Below are positions 13,702-22,447 of a stretch of DNA of 40,000 nt, piece after piece. Position 1 is the first letter of the stretch; each line of letters starts with the position of its first letter. The stretch is from contig JBEAMH010000001.1 in NCBI GenBank assembly GCA_040062795.1, positions 289,597-329,596 of the forward strand, written 5' to 3'. The position numbers and the translations under genes were made by a program. The DNA is from Staphylococcus aureus. GTDB lineage: Bacteria; Bacillota; Bacilli; Staphylococcales; Staphylococcaceae. The notes beneath the pieces are model-generated. The model did no database searches, was not told the origin of the DNA, and saw only the letters and a list, made by a program, of their open reading frames with translations.

Positions 13702-13733
13702 GTCCGACAATGTTAAAGTCGGGCTTTTTTATT
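13702..13733 (+). terminator. Rho-independent terminator after secG
   Basis: GTCCGAC-AATGTTAAA-GTCGGGC followed by TTTTTT. Confidence 0.7.
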
Positions 13734-13818
13734 TATAATTGAACTGTTAGATGCTCAAAGTAAATTTATGAAAATGTATAAAAGTAATTATAAGCATAAA
13801 CGAAAGGGTTGAATCACG

Positions 13819-14559
13819 ATGCAAATCAAACTTCCAGAACCGTTCTTTTTTGAAGAAGGTAACCGAGCTGTGTTATTGTTACATGGTTTCACTGGTAATT
13901 CATCAGACGTAAGACAATTAGGTAGATTCTTACAGAAAAAAGGGTACACATGTTATGCCCCGCAGTACGAAGGGCATGCTGCGCCACCTGAAGAAATCTT
14001 AGAATCTAGTCCTTTTGTGTGGTTTAAAGATGCATTAGACGGTTATGATTTTTTAGTTGAAAAAGGATACGAAGAAATTGTAGTTGCTGGTTTGTCCCTT
14101 GGTGGATGTTATGCATTAAAATTAAGCTTAAACAGAGATGTAAAGGGTATTATAACAATGTGTTCACCTATGTATATTAAGACAGAAGGGTCTATGTTTG
14201 ATGGTGTGCTAGAATATGCTCGAAACTTTAAAAAGTATGAAGGTAAAGATGAAGCTATAATAAATAAAGAAATGGATGCTTTTCAACCGACAGATACTTT
14301 AAAAGAACTTCAAGGACAGATTCAAGATGTCAGAAACCATATAGATGAAGTGATGGACCCATTATTGGTCATTCAAGCAGAACAAGACCAAATGATCAAT
14401 ACAGATTCTGCCAACATTATATACAATGAAAGCGAATCTGATGAAAAAGATATTAAATGGTATGCTGAATCAGGGCATGTCATAACAATTGATAAAGAGA
14501 AAGAATTGGTATTCGAAGATGTATATCAATTTTTAGAATCATTAGATTGGTCTGAATAA
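13819..14559 (+). CDS. est: Carboxylesterase (alpha/beta hydrolase, Est family)
   Basis: 246 aa with HGFTGN and the nucleophile elbow GLSLGG. It occupies the conserved secG-est-rnr position. Confidence 0.88.
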   Translation: MQIKLPEPFFFEEGNRAVLLLHGFTGNSSDVRQLGRFLQKKGYTCYAPQYEGHAAPPEEILESSPFVWFKDALDGYDFLVEKGYEEIVVAGLSLGGCYALKLSLNRDVKGIITMCSPMYIKTEGSMFDGVLEYARNFKKYEGKDEAIINKEMDAFQPTDTLKELQGQIQDVRNHIDEVMDPLLVIQAEQDQMINTDSANIIYNESESDEKDIKWYAESGHVITIDKEKELVFEDVYQFLESLDWSE

Positions 14560-14597
14560 AATTATAAAATTATTTAAAAAGAGAAAGGAGGGGCATA

Positions 14598-16976
14598 ATG
14601 AATTTAAAGCCATCCATTGAAGAAATTATTAAACAACCAGACTATGAACCGATGTCTGTGTCAGATTTTCAAGATGCATTAGGTTTAAGTAGTGCCGACT
14701 CATTTAGAGACTTAATTAAGGTGCTTGTTGAATTAGAACAAACAGGTTTAATTCAACGTACAAAGACAGATAGGTACCAACGAAAAGAATCAAATAAATC
14801 TAGAGAATCCAAATTGGTAAAAGGTAAGTTAAGCCAAAATAAAAAAGGTTTTGCATTCTTACGTCCAGAAGAGGGTGACATGGATGATATCTTTATCCCA
14901 CCTACAAAAATCAACAGAGCTATGGACGGTGACACAGTCCTAGTAGAAGTACAAAACTCTAAAGGTGAACACAAAGGAAAGCTTGAAGGCGAAGTTAAAT
15001 CGATCGAAACCCATTCAGTCACACAGGTAGTAGGTACGTATAGCGAAGCACGCCATTTCGGTTTTGTGTTACCTGATGATAAACGTATCATGCAAGATAT
15101 CTTTATTGCTAAAGGTCATAACCTAGGTGCTGTAGATGGCCATAAGGTGCTTGTACAGATTACGAAATACGCAGACGGTACAAATAATCCTGAAGGACAA
15201 GTTTCAGCTATATTAGGCCATAAGAACGATCCAGGTGTAGATATTTTATCTATTATCTATCAACATGGTATCGAAATCGAATTCCCGGATAATGTATTAG
15301 CAGAAGCTGAAGCGGTACCGGATGAAATCGAGCCATCACAAATAGAAGGACGTCGTGATTTACGTGACGAGCTTACTATTACGATTGATGGTGCAGATGC
15401 TAAAGACTTAGATGATGCAATCAGTGTTAAAAAATTAAAAAATGGTAATACACAATTAACTGTTAGTATTGCTGATGTTAGTTATTATGTCACTGAAGGC
15501 TCTGCTTTAGATGAAGAAGCATATAGTCGTGCCACAAGTGTCTACTTAGTAGACCGTGTAATTCCTATGATTCCTCATCGTCTAAGTAATGGTATTTGCT
15601 CATTAAATCCAAATGTAGATCGTCTCACATTGAGCTGTCGAATGGAGTTGGACGCACGTGGTGAAGTAGTTAAGCACGAAATTTTTGATAGTGTAATTAA
15701 TTCTGATTATCGTATGACATATGAAGAAGTGAATGAAATTATTACAGATCAAAATACTGAAACACGTGAAAACTTTAGCGAAGTCACTCCGATGTTAGAT
15801 TTATCGCAAGATTTATCGCAACGTTTAATCAATATGAGAAGACGCCGTGGAGAAATTGACTTCGATATTAATGAAGCTAAAGTGCTTGTGAATGAAGAAG
15901 GTATACCTACTGATGTAGAAATGAGAACACGTGGTGAAGGAGAGCGACTAATTGAATCATTTATGCTAGCTGCCAATGAAACCGTAGCAGAACATTTTGA
16001 TCATTTAGAAGTACCGTTTATTTATCGTGTTCACGAACAACCAAAATCAGAACGTTTACGCCAATTCTTTGACTTTATTACTAATTTTGGACTTATGATA
16101 CAAGGTACTGGAGAAGATATTCATTCTTCAACCTTACAAAAAATCCAACAAGAAGTTGAAGGACAACCAGAACAAATGGTCATCTCAACAATGATGTTAC
16201 GTTCAATGCAACAAGCACGATACGATGATGTGAACTTAGGACACTTTGGTCTTTCAGCTGAATTCTATACACATTTCACGTCACCTATCCGTAGATATCC
16301 TGACTTAATTGTTCATAGATTAATTCGTAAATATATTGTAGAACAATCTATGAATGGCAAAGAAAAACGTAAATGGGAAGATCTTTTACCGGAAATTGCT
16401 GAGCACACATCACAAAGAGAACGTAGAGCGATTGAAGCAGAACGTGATACTGATGAACTCAAAAAATCTGAGTACATGGTTCAGCATATTGGAGAAGAAT
16501 TCGAAGGTATCATTAGCTCAGTTGCGAATTTTGGTATGTTTATAGAATTGCCAAATACAATTGAAGGTATGGTACACGTTTCGAATATGACTGATGATTT
16601 TTATCATTTTGATGAACGCCAAATGGCTATGATTGGTGAACGTCAGGCAAAAGTGTTCCGTATTGGAGATCCAGTACAAATTAAAGTGGTCAATGTAGAT
16701 GTAGACGAACGCATGATTGATTTCCAAATCGTTGGTATGCCATTACCTAAAAGTGAACGTAGTCAGAGACCTTCGCGTGGTAAAACAATCCAAGCGAATC
16801 CTCGTGGCAAATCTTCAGATAAGCCTAAGGGTGATAGTAAAGGTAAGACGAAACACAAACAGCGAAAAGGCAAGAATCAACGTAATAAAGACAAATCAAG
16901 TAGTGGCAATACAAAGCACAAGCCATTTTATAAAGATAAAAAAGTGAAGAACAAAGCACGTAAAAAGAAAAAATAA
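14598..16976 (+). CDS. rnr: Ribonuclease R
   Basis: 792 aa with cold-shock-like N-terminal domains, an RNB catalytic core (DGADAKDLDDA), an S1 domain and a lysine-rich tail. Confidence 0.96.
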   Translation: MNLKPSIEEIIKQPDYEPMSVSDFQDALGLSSADSFRDLIKVLVELEQTGLIQRTKTDRYQRKESNKSRESKLVKGKLSQNKKGFAFLRPEEGDMDDIFIPPTKINRAMDGDTVLVEVQNSKGEHKGKLEGEVKSIETHSVTQVVGTYSEARHFGFVLPDDKRIMQDIFIAKGHNLGAVDGHKVLVQITKYADGTNNPEGQVSAILGHKNDPGVDILSIIYQHGIEIEFPDNVLAEAEAVPDEIEPSQIEGRRDLRDELTITIDGADAKDLDDAISVKKLKNGNTQLTVSIADVSYYVTEGSALDEEAYSRATSVYLVDRVIPMIPHRLSNGICSLNPNVDRLTLSCRMELDARGEVVKHEIFDSVINSDYRMTYEEVNEIITDQNTETRENFSEVTPMLDLSQDLSQRLINMRRRRGEIDFDINEAKVLVNEEGIPTDVEMRTRGEGERLIESFMLAANETVAEHFDHLEVPFIYRVHEQPKSERLRQFFDFITNFGLMIQGTGEDIHSSTLQKIQQEVEGQPEQMVISTMMLRSMQQARYDDVNLGHFGLSAEFYTHFTSPIRRYPDLIVHRLIRKYIVEQSMNGKEKRKWEDLLPEIAEHTSQRERRAIEAERDTDELKKSEYMVQHIGEEFEGIISSVANFGMFIELPNTIEGMVHVSNMTDDFYHFDERQMAMIGERQAKVFRIGDPVQIKVVNVDVDERMIDFQIVGMPLPKSERSQRPSRGKTIQANPRGKSSDKPKGDSKGKTKHKQRKGKNQRNKDKSSSGNTKHKPFYKDKKVKNKARKKKK

Positions 16977-16998
16977 CTCAACAAAGAGGTGAAACTCA

Positions 16999-17463
16999 AT
17001 GCCAAAGAAAAAATCACCAGGAACACTAGCTGAAAATCGTAAAGCAAGACATGATTATAATATTGAAGATACGATTGAAGCAGGCATTGTGTTGCAAGGG
17101 ACTGAAATCAAGTCAATTCGTCGAGGCAGTGCCAATCTGAAAGATAGTTATGCCCAAGTTAACCGTGGTGAAATGTATTTAAATAATATGCATATTGCCC
17201 CGTACGAAGAAGGTAATCGTTTTAATCATGATCCTCGTCGCTCACGTAAATTATTATTACACAAACGTGAAATTGTAAAATTAGGTGAGCGTACGAGAGA
17301 AGTAGGTTACTCTATCATCCCATTGAAACTCTATTTAAAACATGGAAACTGTAAAGTATTGTTGGGCGTCGCACGTGGTAAGAAAAAATACGACAAGCGT
17401 CAAGCATTAAAAGAAAAAGCAGTAAAACGTGATATAGATAGAGAGTTGAAAGCCCGTTATTAA
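16999..17463 (+). CDS. smpB: SsrA-binding protein SmpB
   Basis: 154 aa ([29 protein letters not shown]...), immediately upstream of ssrA. Confidence 0.97.
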   Translation: MPKKKSPGTLAENRKARHDYNIEDTIEAGIVLQGTEIKSIRRGSANLKDSYAQVNRGEMYLNNMHIAPYEEGNRFNHDPRRSRKLLLHKREIVKLGERTREVGYSIIPLKLYLKHGNCKVLLGVARGKKKYDKRQALKEKAVKRDIDRELKARY

Positions 17464-17569
17464 GCGGATATATTGCCAAAGACTTTAATCTTTGGTAATA
17501 TAATATGTGCTTTCTAAAAAAGCTTAATACAAAATGTAAAGCAAATAGAAAGTGCATTTATATTATTTA

Positions 17570-17928
17570 GGGGGCGTTTTTGGATTCGACAGGGGTACCA
17601 TGAGCAAGTTAAGCGTGTCGGAGGGTTGTCTCCGTCACCAACACACACAGTTATAATAACTGGCAAAGAAAACAATAATTTCGCAGTAGCTGCCTAATAG
17701 CACTCTGCATCGCCTAACAGCATCTCCTATGTGCTGTTAACCGCGATTCAACCTTTAGTAGGATACGCTAGGCACTGCCGTTTGAAGTCTGCCTAGAAGA
17801 GATTAATCAAACTAGCATAATGATGGCTGTTTATCACTTACCATTATGCGAAACTTAATGATAGACTACACACGTAGAAAGATTTGTATCAGGACCTCTG
17901 GACGCGGGTTCGAATCCCGCCGTCTCCA
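17570..17928 (+). ncRNA. ssrA: tmRNA (SsrA); tag reading frame 17662-17697 encodes GKENNNFAVAA
   Basis: The 5' end GGGGGCGTTTTTGGATTCGACAGGGG and the 3' end GGACGCGGGTTCGAATCCCGCCGTCTCCA form the tRNA-Ala-like domain with the G3.U pair. The internal ORF is GGC AAA GAA AAC AAT AAT TTC GCA GTA GCT GCC TAA TAG. CCA is not encoded. Confidence 0.95.
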
Positions 17929-17933
17929 TACCG

Positions 17934-17967
17934 AAAAAGGCTTAGCCATTGTGGCTAAGCCTTTTTT
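17934..17967 (+). terminator. Rho-independent terminator of ssrA
   Basis: AAGGCTTAGCC-ATTGT-GGCTAAGCCTT followed by TTTTTT. Confidence 0.85.
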
Positions 17968-17997
17968 GTTTTTCAGTGTATAGATCGTGAAGTATAT
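17962..17997. repeat. Direct repeat copy 1 (36 nt), overlapping the T-tract of the ssrA terminator
   Basis: TTTTTTGTTTTTCAGTGTATAGATCGTGAAGTATAT matches 18913-18948 at 34 of 36 positions. Confidence 0.9.
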
Positions 17998-18215
17998 CCC
18001 CTAACTTTAGTGTGTAGTTGGTAATAAGTCTGTTTTAAGGTTTCGTGTAATTGGTTTGAAGTTAGCATCAAATATTTTTCAAAACACATTTTAGTAATTT
18101 TGAGATAGGTGTGGAAAAGTAGAAAAAATATGATTTATTTTTATGTTTTGTGACGGTGTTATTTTTTTAATGCATATATTGAAGTTAAATAAGGCATAGT
18201 TAAATGCCCTTAAAA

Positions 18216-18405
18216 TTATTCGTAGTACCCATTAGCAATTTTCTGTTCTTCTTTTTCAATTTCTCTTAATATTTCATCTTGATTTGGTCCATCATAATAA
18301 CCTTGTTCAATAGCATGTTTAGTTTGGATTTCACCAGATGATAAGCGCATTAGGATCTTGCTGGTACTTAATTATTTCAATTCTATTATTAAAATGATAT
18401 GCCAT
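18216..18405 (-). pseudogene. Frameshifted small ORF of unknown family
   Basis: ATG at 18405 opens MAYHFNNRIEIIKYQQDPNALIIW-stop. A shifted frame continues LSSGEIQTKHAIEQGYYDGPNQDEILREIEKEEQKIANGYYE-stop. The total of 190 nt is not a multiple of 3. A hairpin AAGGGCAT-TTAACT-ATGCCTT lies downstream. Confidence 0.45.
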
Positions 18406-18447
18406 TTGTTTTCACTTCTTATTGGTTACTTTTTTTCGGAAACCATA

Positions 18448-18678
18448 CTAAATAGTAATTTTCGACTTTATACTATAGATTAAACATTTGTGTCTAACCA
18501 AAACTCCAATTCGAGGATTACCATCGCTTTTTACGACCTCACGCACTAAGTTAGTGTTAGCAATGTGGTTTACATCGCCCTCAAGAATTTGCTCATGATT
18601 ATCAAATACCCCATGCTGACATTCATTCTGTGTTATATCGAGAAATGAAAAGTAAGGTATACGTTAAATCACGTCCAT
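18448..18678 (-). pseudogene. Stop-interrupted 76-codon ORF of unknown family
   Basis: ATG GAC GTG ATT TAA, then the same frame stays open for 71 more codons (RIPYFSFLDITQNECQHGVFDNHEQILEGDVNHIANTNLVREVVKSDGNPRIGVLVRHKCLIYSIKSKITI). Confidence 0.4.
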
Positions 18679-18739
18679 AAAAAGAAAACACATCTAAATG
18701 GATAGGTGTGTTCTAAGGCTCAACGTCAATAAAGCAATG

Positions 18740-18898
18740 TTAGTTTTCCTCTTTTTTTATCCAGAAGAAAAAGAATGCTGTAAGAATTAATGATGATACT
18801 ATACTCGTTGCCAAGTCGTAGGTATTTAGTAATAAACTAGATAATGAATAAATAACTAAAGATATAAAAAATGTGATTATGAACTTGATGACTTTCAA
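18740..18898 (-). CDS. Small hydrophobic protein (52 aa, two predicted TM segments)
   Basis: TTG start 7 nt after a GGGAGA RBS. Sequence is MKVIKFIITFFISLVIYSLSSLLLNTYDLATSIVSSLILTAFFFFWIKKEEN, with a terminator hairpin AACACA..TGTGTT plus a T-run downstream (about 18684-18712). Not in the ORF track because it is under 60 aa. Confidence 0.45.
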   Translation of the reverse strand: MKVIKFIITFFISLVIYSLSSLLLNTYDLATSIVSSLILTAFFFFWIKKEEN

Positions 18899-18912
18899 TG
18901 TTATATCTCCCT

Positions 18913-18948
18913 TTTTTTGTTTTTCAGTGTATAGATTGTGCAGTATAT
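18913..18948. repeat. Direct repeat copy 2 (36 nt)
   Basis: TTTTTTGTTTTTCAGTGTATAGATTGTGCAGTATAT has two mismatches to copy 1. Confidence 0.9.
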
Positions 18949-19021
18949 AAAAAAATATTATAGGGTGTTATGGAGGATATTGTGGAGATAAAGTAACCCC
19001 ACCTTTTTCGGTAGGACGTTT

Positions 19022-19243
19022 TTAAATCTTGTTACCTTTTAAATTTTTAACAATACTGGCAATTAGACTCACTAAAAACATACATAATGCAATAAAAATA
19101 ATTCCGAAACCAATGGGTAATAAGAAAAACCATTCATGCAAAACACCCTGTGAATCAACATATTCAGGTATAAAAGCTTTTAGTATTATTGAGAACAAAC
19201 CAAAAAGAAATAAAGTTGAAGCAATAACAGTTAATTTTTTCAT
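19022..19243 (-). CDS. Small membrane protein, DUF3955-like
   Basis: The start is moved to ATG 19243 (GGAGAA RBS). 73 aa with two TM helices flanking YVDSQGVLHEWFFLLPIG, a pattern I associate with DUF3955 proteins. Confidence 0.55.
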   Translation of the reverse strand: MKKLTVIASTLFLFGLFSIILKAFIPEYVDSQGVLHEWFFLLPIGFGIIFIALCMFLVSLIASIVKNLKGNKI

Positions 19244-19522
19244 ACAAAATTCTCCATTCAATTTAGTAAACCTTAGTATAATGTTAATACTAATTTACGA
19301 CATCGGTCTTAAGGTTTATAATATCTTCACTATCAACATGTATCATTACCGCTTTAGAAGTATTTGAGTATCCTAAAATATCTATGTAGGATAAGTTAGA
19401 TTATTATAAAGAAGAAAAGCCATATATGAAATTTTATGTATAAAAAATCTATCGGTATTACAAATAATTGGAAAAGTAAATTAAGTAATTTAAACTTGAA
19501 AGTTGTTTTAGAGATAAAATAC

Positions 19523-19544
19523 CCCCACCAATTAAGGTGGGGGA
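19523..19544. terminator. Hairpin terminator downstream of the lipoprotein gene
   Basis: CCCCCACC-AATTAA-GGTGGGGG perfect 8-bp GC-rich stem with a U-rich tract on the minus strand. Confidence 0.6.
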
Positions 19545-19616
19545 TTGTAATGCAATATCATTTAAAAATTAAAATTATATCTTTTATAAACTGAAAATTT
19601 ATTGCACATGATACCA

Positions 19617-20327
19617 TTAATTGTTGTTCACTTCTTCATTCATTATTTCTGATACTCGATCATTGTATTCTTCTTGTGACAATCCTTCAAAATCTTTTTG
19701 TCTTGTGAGTTCTTCTATCTTGTTCTTGGCTTCTTCAGACATACCTTCAGTTGAAAAACCACCAGCAGGCATTTTATTTAAATCTATTTTTTGATTTTGA
19801 TCTGTATTCTCATTTTGATTATTTGGAGTAAATGTACCCATTGGTGTTTCTATTGAGTGATTATTTTTATTAGCTATTCTTTGTACTTGTTCGTTTAATA
19901 GTTTCTCATATTCTTCATTTGAAACATTATTTGCATTAGGCATATTGTTTTCTAGAACTTGATATTCTTCATTTGACATACCTTTCGGTGGTATCCCTCC
20001 AAAGGGTCTATTACCTTGTTGAGTAGGGCCTTCATTATTATTTGTATTAGAATCTTGTTGTTGCGTATTATTTTGATTTTCCATTTTTTGTTTTTCTTGA
20101 GAAGTTTCATTTGGTTTGTTTGCATTATTAGCTACTTCTTCATTAGGTTTTTCGTCATTATTATTTGACTTATCTTCTTTCTTGCCTGATTCTTTTTCTA
20201 TATCAGTCTCTTTATCTTTATTTTCAGATTTTGTTTCTTTCTTATCGTCTAGCTTACTTTCTTCTTCATTCCCACATGCAGCTAACATTAAAAAACTTGT
20301 TAACAACAAAAATGTAAACTTTTTCAT
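19617..20327 (-). CDS. Lipoprotein, low-complexity N/E/K/Q-rich
   Basis: The start is at the second ATG (20327), which has the better spacing to AGGGG. Signal peptide with lipobox LAAC-G (MKKFTFLLLTSFLMLAACGN). Recurring G(M/L)S(N/E/Q)EEY-type motifs. Confidence 0.8.
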   Translation of the reverse strand: MKKFTFLLLTSFLMLAACGNEEESKLDDKKETKSENKDKETDIEKESGKKEDKSNNNDEKPNEEVANNANKPNETSQEKQKMENQNNTQQQDSNTNNNEGPTQQGNRPFGGIPPKGMSNEEYQVLENNMPNANNVSNEEYEKLLNEQVQRIANKNNHSIETPMGTFTPNNQNENTDQNQKIDLNKMPAGGFSTEGMSEEAKNKIEELTRQKDFEGLSQEEYNDRVSEIMNEEVNNN

Positions 20328-20584
20328 TTGCATACCCCTAAAAATAAATATTTTACATTATTGTACTACATTTAAATGAAAATAGGTGAGTAAATCATTT
20401 TAATTATATTGAATATATAGATAAAGTTAAGAAATTTTAAAATATGTCGATTGTTACAATGATAAATTATATGTAAGTACAATGAATTACATATAAACGG
20501 TGTGTTATTTTATTGCATACTTAACTTTTTAGGCGGATAATAGTATATGCATAGAAGAAAATATAATTATTAGGATGAAAAAAC

Positions 20585-20797
20585 ATGAGTGATGTATATG
20601 TATTTATAATCGCATGTAGTGATGGCAGCGTGTATCGTGAGTATGTGGAAAATGTATGGAAAATTGATAAAACCTTAGCTTTAAAAAGATTTGAAAAAGG
20701 TATTAAACGGTATAATTATTTTTATTTAAAAGACTGTGACAAATATATAAATGTTAGTAAAATAACTTCTATAAAAATTGAAGGTGCCAATATATAG
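20585..20797 (+). CDS. Hypothetical protein (70 aa)
   Basis: ORF with a weak AGGATGA RBS and a downstream terminator. Confidence 0.45.
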   Translation: MSDVYVFIIACSDGSVYREYVENVWKIDKTLALKRFEKGIKRYNYFYLKDCDKYINVSKITSIKIEGANI

Positions 20798-20844
20798 ATT
20801 ACTTCGTCATGTGTTTATAAATTGAATAGTGATTCATTATGAAA

Positions 20845-20871
20845 GATGTACACTACTGTGTGCGTCTTTTT
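20845..20871 (+). terminator. Rho-independent terminator
   Basis: GATGTACAC-TACT-GTGTGCGTC (two G.U pairs) followed by TTTTTATATTTT. Confidence 0.6.
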
Positions 20872-20966
20872 ATATTTTAAAAAGTGTAAAAAAGCGGTTT
20901 ACTATACTAAAATTAATTAATAAAATGAAAATGTAGTTATTTTTGGGGCTAAGGAGAGTTGTTTGA

Positions 20967-21149
20967 ATGTTTACATTCTGTAAAGCTTTAGGGATAAGCT
21001 TTTTAATTGGGAGTTTAGTTTTATTATTAATGTTTATAGCTACTGGGAAAGATGAATATCTTGGAAGTATAATTGTAGCAATTGTAGCATTTTTAGGTAA
21101 TTTCATTTCTTTTTATTATGAAAGAAACCATAAAGTAAATAATAAATAG
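20967..21149 (+). CDS. Small membrane protein (60 aa, two TM)
   Basis: AAGGAGAG RBS, two hydrophobic helices, strong terminator downstream. Confidence 0.6.
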   Translation: MFTFCKALGISFLIGSLVLLLMFIATGKDEYLGSIIVAIVAFLGNFISFYYERNHKVNNK

Positions 21150-21191
21150 CTTGGGAGATTTATATTTATGAAATCAATACGTATCTATAGT

Positions 21192-21228
21192 AAAGAGTTA
21201 GCTGCATGAACAGTTAACTCTTTTTTTT
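21192..21228 (+). terminator. Rho-independent terminator
   Basis: AGAGTTAGCTG-CATGAA-CAGTTAACTCT followed by TTTTTTTT. Confidence 0.8.
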
Positions 21229-21273
21229 ATTTATAAACACGAACAAACGTTCTAATATATCTCTGTGGTGATT

Positions 21274-21489
21274 ATGATGAGACCTAATTTAATTTGGAAA
21301 AACGACTTTCAAGAATTCTAAGATATATTAAATTCTGGTATTAATCCAGAGTAGTTATATAGTGCCAAAGCTAATATGGTACTTAATTCTGCTTATACAG
21401 GTAAGGGCAAACAGTTTTTTATACAAATGAAATTCTTAATGCCAGTAAAACGATTCCGTTCTTTTAATATGTTAAATGTAATCATTTAA
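21274..21489 (+). pseudogene. ORF of unknown family interrupted by two in-frame stops
   Basis: A single frame reads MMRPNLIWKNDFQEF-TAA-DILNSGINPE-TAG-LYSAKANMVLNSAYTGKGKQFFIQMKFLMPVKRFRSFNMLNVII-stop. A terminator hairpin (CTTACGAC..GTTGTAAG plus T7) follows at about 21519-21548. Confidence 0.3.
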
Positions 21490-21776
21490 TAAAAATAAAC
21501 AGCATATGATGTATAGCTTACGACTATTAAAGTTGTAAGTTTTTTTAGTGAATTTTGAATTAATGTGGTCAAGAAATGATTTGAATTCGTTACACTATGA
21601 TTTATTCCAATATTAAAAAATAAAATTTATAAATATTACAATAATAATAAAAAAATTAAAACGAAATTAATATTAGTGTAATTGGAAAATAAAATCAGTA
21701 TGATATATTGTCCACTGATTGTATTATTATAAATTTTAATTAACGTGTATTTACAATTGATATTGTTAATAGTCTT

Positions 21777-22340
21777 GTGAAGCATGTAAAGAAAGGAAGA
21801 ATTATAATTAAACAAATAATAAGGAATTTTACATATATAATTATTGGCTTGTTAGCCATTATAATATATTCGAACTTAAATAGTGCAGATGCTGAATCTC
21901 ATGCTACTAAAGCTGAAGCGATTTATCACATGAACACTTTAGAAGGTAAAGGATGGGATTATGACGATGAGTATGGTTGGCAATGTTTTGATTTAGTGAA
22001 TGAACAATGGGATTATTTATATGGTCATGGTTTAGAAGGCGATTATGCTAAAGACATACCGGATGAAAATAATTTTGATGGCGAAGCAACAGTGTATAAA
22101 AATTCCGATAACTTTCAAGCAGAAGCAGGTGACATTGTCGTATTTAACGAAGAATATGGAAGTGGTGCAGGGCATACTGCAATTGTAACAGATGGCAACT
22201 ATGGAGGTAATGAAGAGAAATTTGAGTCATTAGATCAAAATTGGAATGGTGGAGGAGCTGAAAAAGAAGAAGTGGCACAGAGAGTTGTACACGAATATGA
22301 AACTGAAATGTGGTTTATCAGGCCTCACTATAAGCAGTAG
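21777..22340 (+). CDS. Secreted CHAP-domain peptidoglycan hydrolase (amidase/endopeptidase)
   Basis: 187 aa with an N-terminal signal/TM segment ([22 protein letters not shown]). The CHAP catalytic pattern is GWQCFDL...AGDIVVF...GHTAIV. The start codon is uncertain because the GTG at 21777 has no RBS. Confidence 0.75.
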   Translation: MKHVKKGRIIIKQIIRNFTYIIIGLLAIIIYSNLNSADAESHATKAEAIYHMNTLEGKGWDYDDEYGWQCFDLVNEQWDYLYGHGLEGDYAKDIPDENNFDGEATVYKNSDNFQAEAGDIVVFNEEYGSGAGHTAIVTDGNYGGNEEKFESLDQNWNGGGAEKEEVAQRVVHEYETEMWFIRPHYKQ

Positions 22341-22447
22341 CGTTTTCAAACCCTATACATACTCAATATAAGCTAATTTACATAAATGGTATAATAAAAT
22401 TATGCTCCAATTATTTGTATATAAAAATATTGTTTAGGGGGTAGCAT

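Noticed and set aside
17315-17557. 80-aa minus-strand ORF overlapping the smpB 3' end and the ssrA promoter region
   Set aside because: It is antisense to smpB, has no RBS and gives a low-complexity product.
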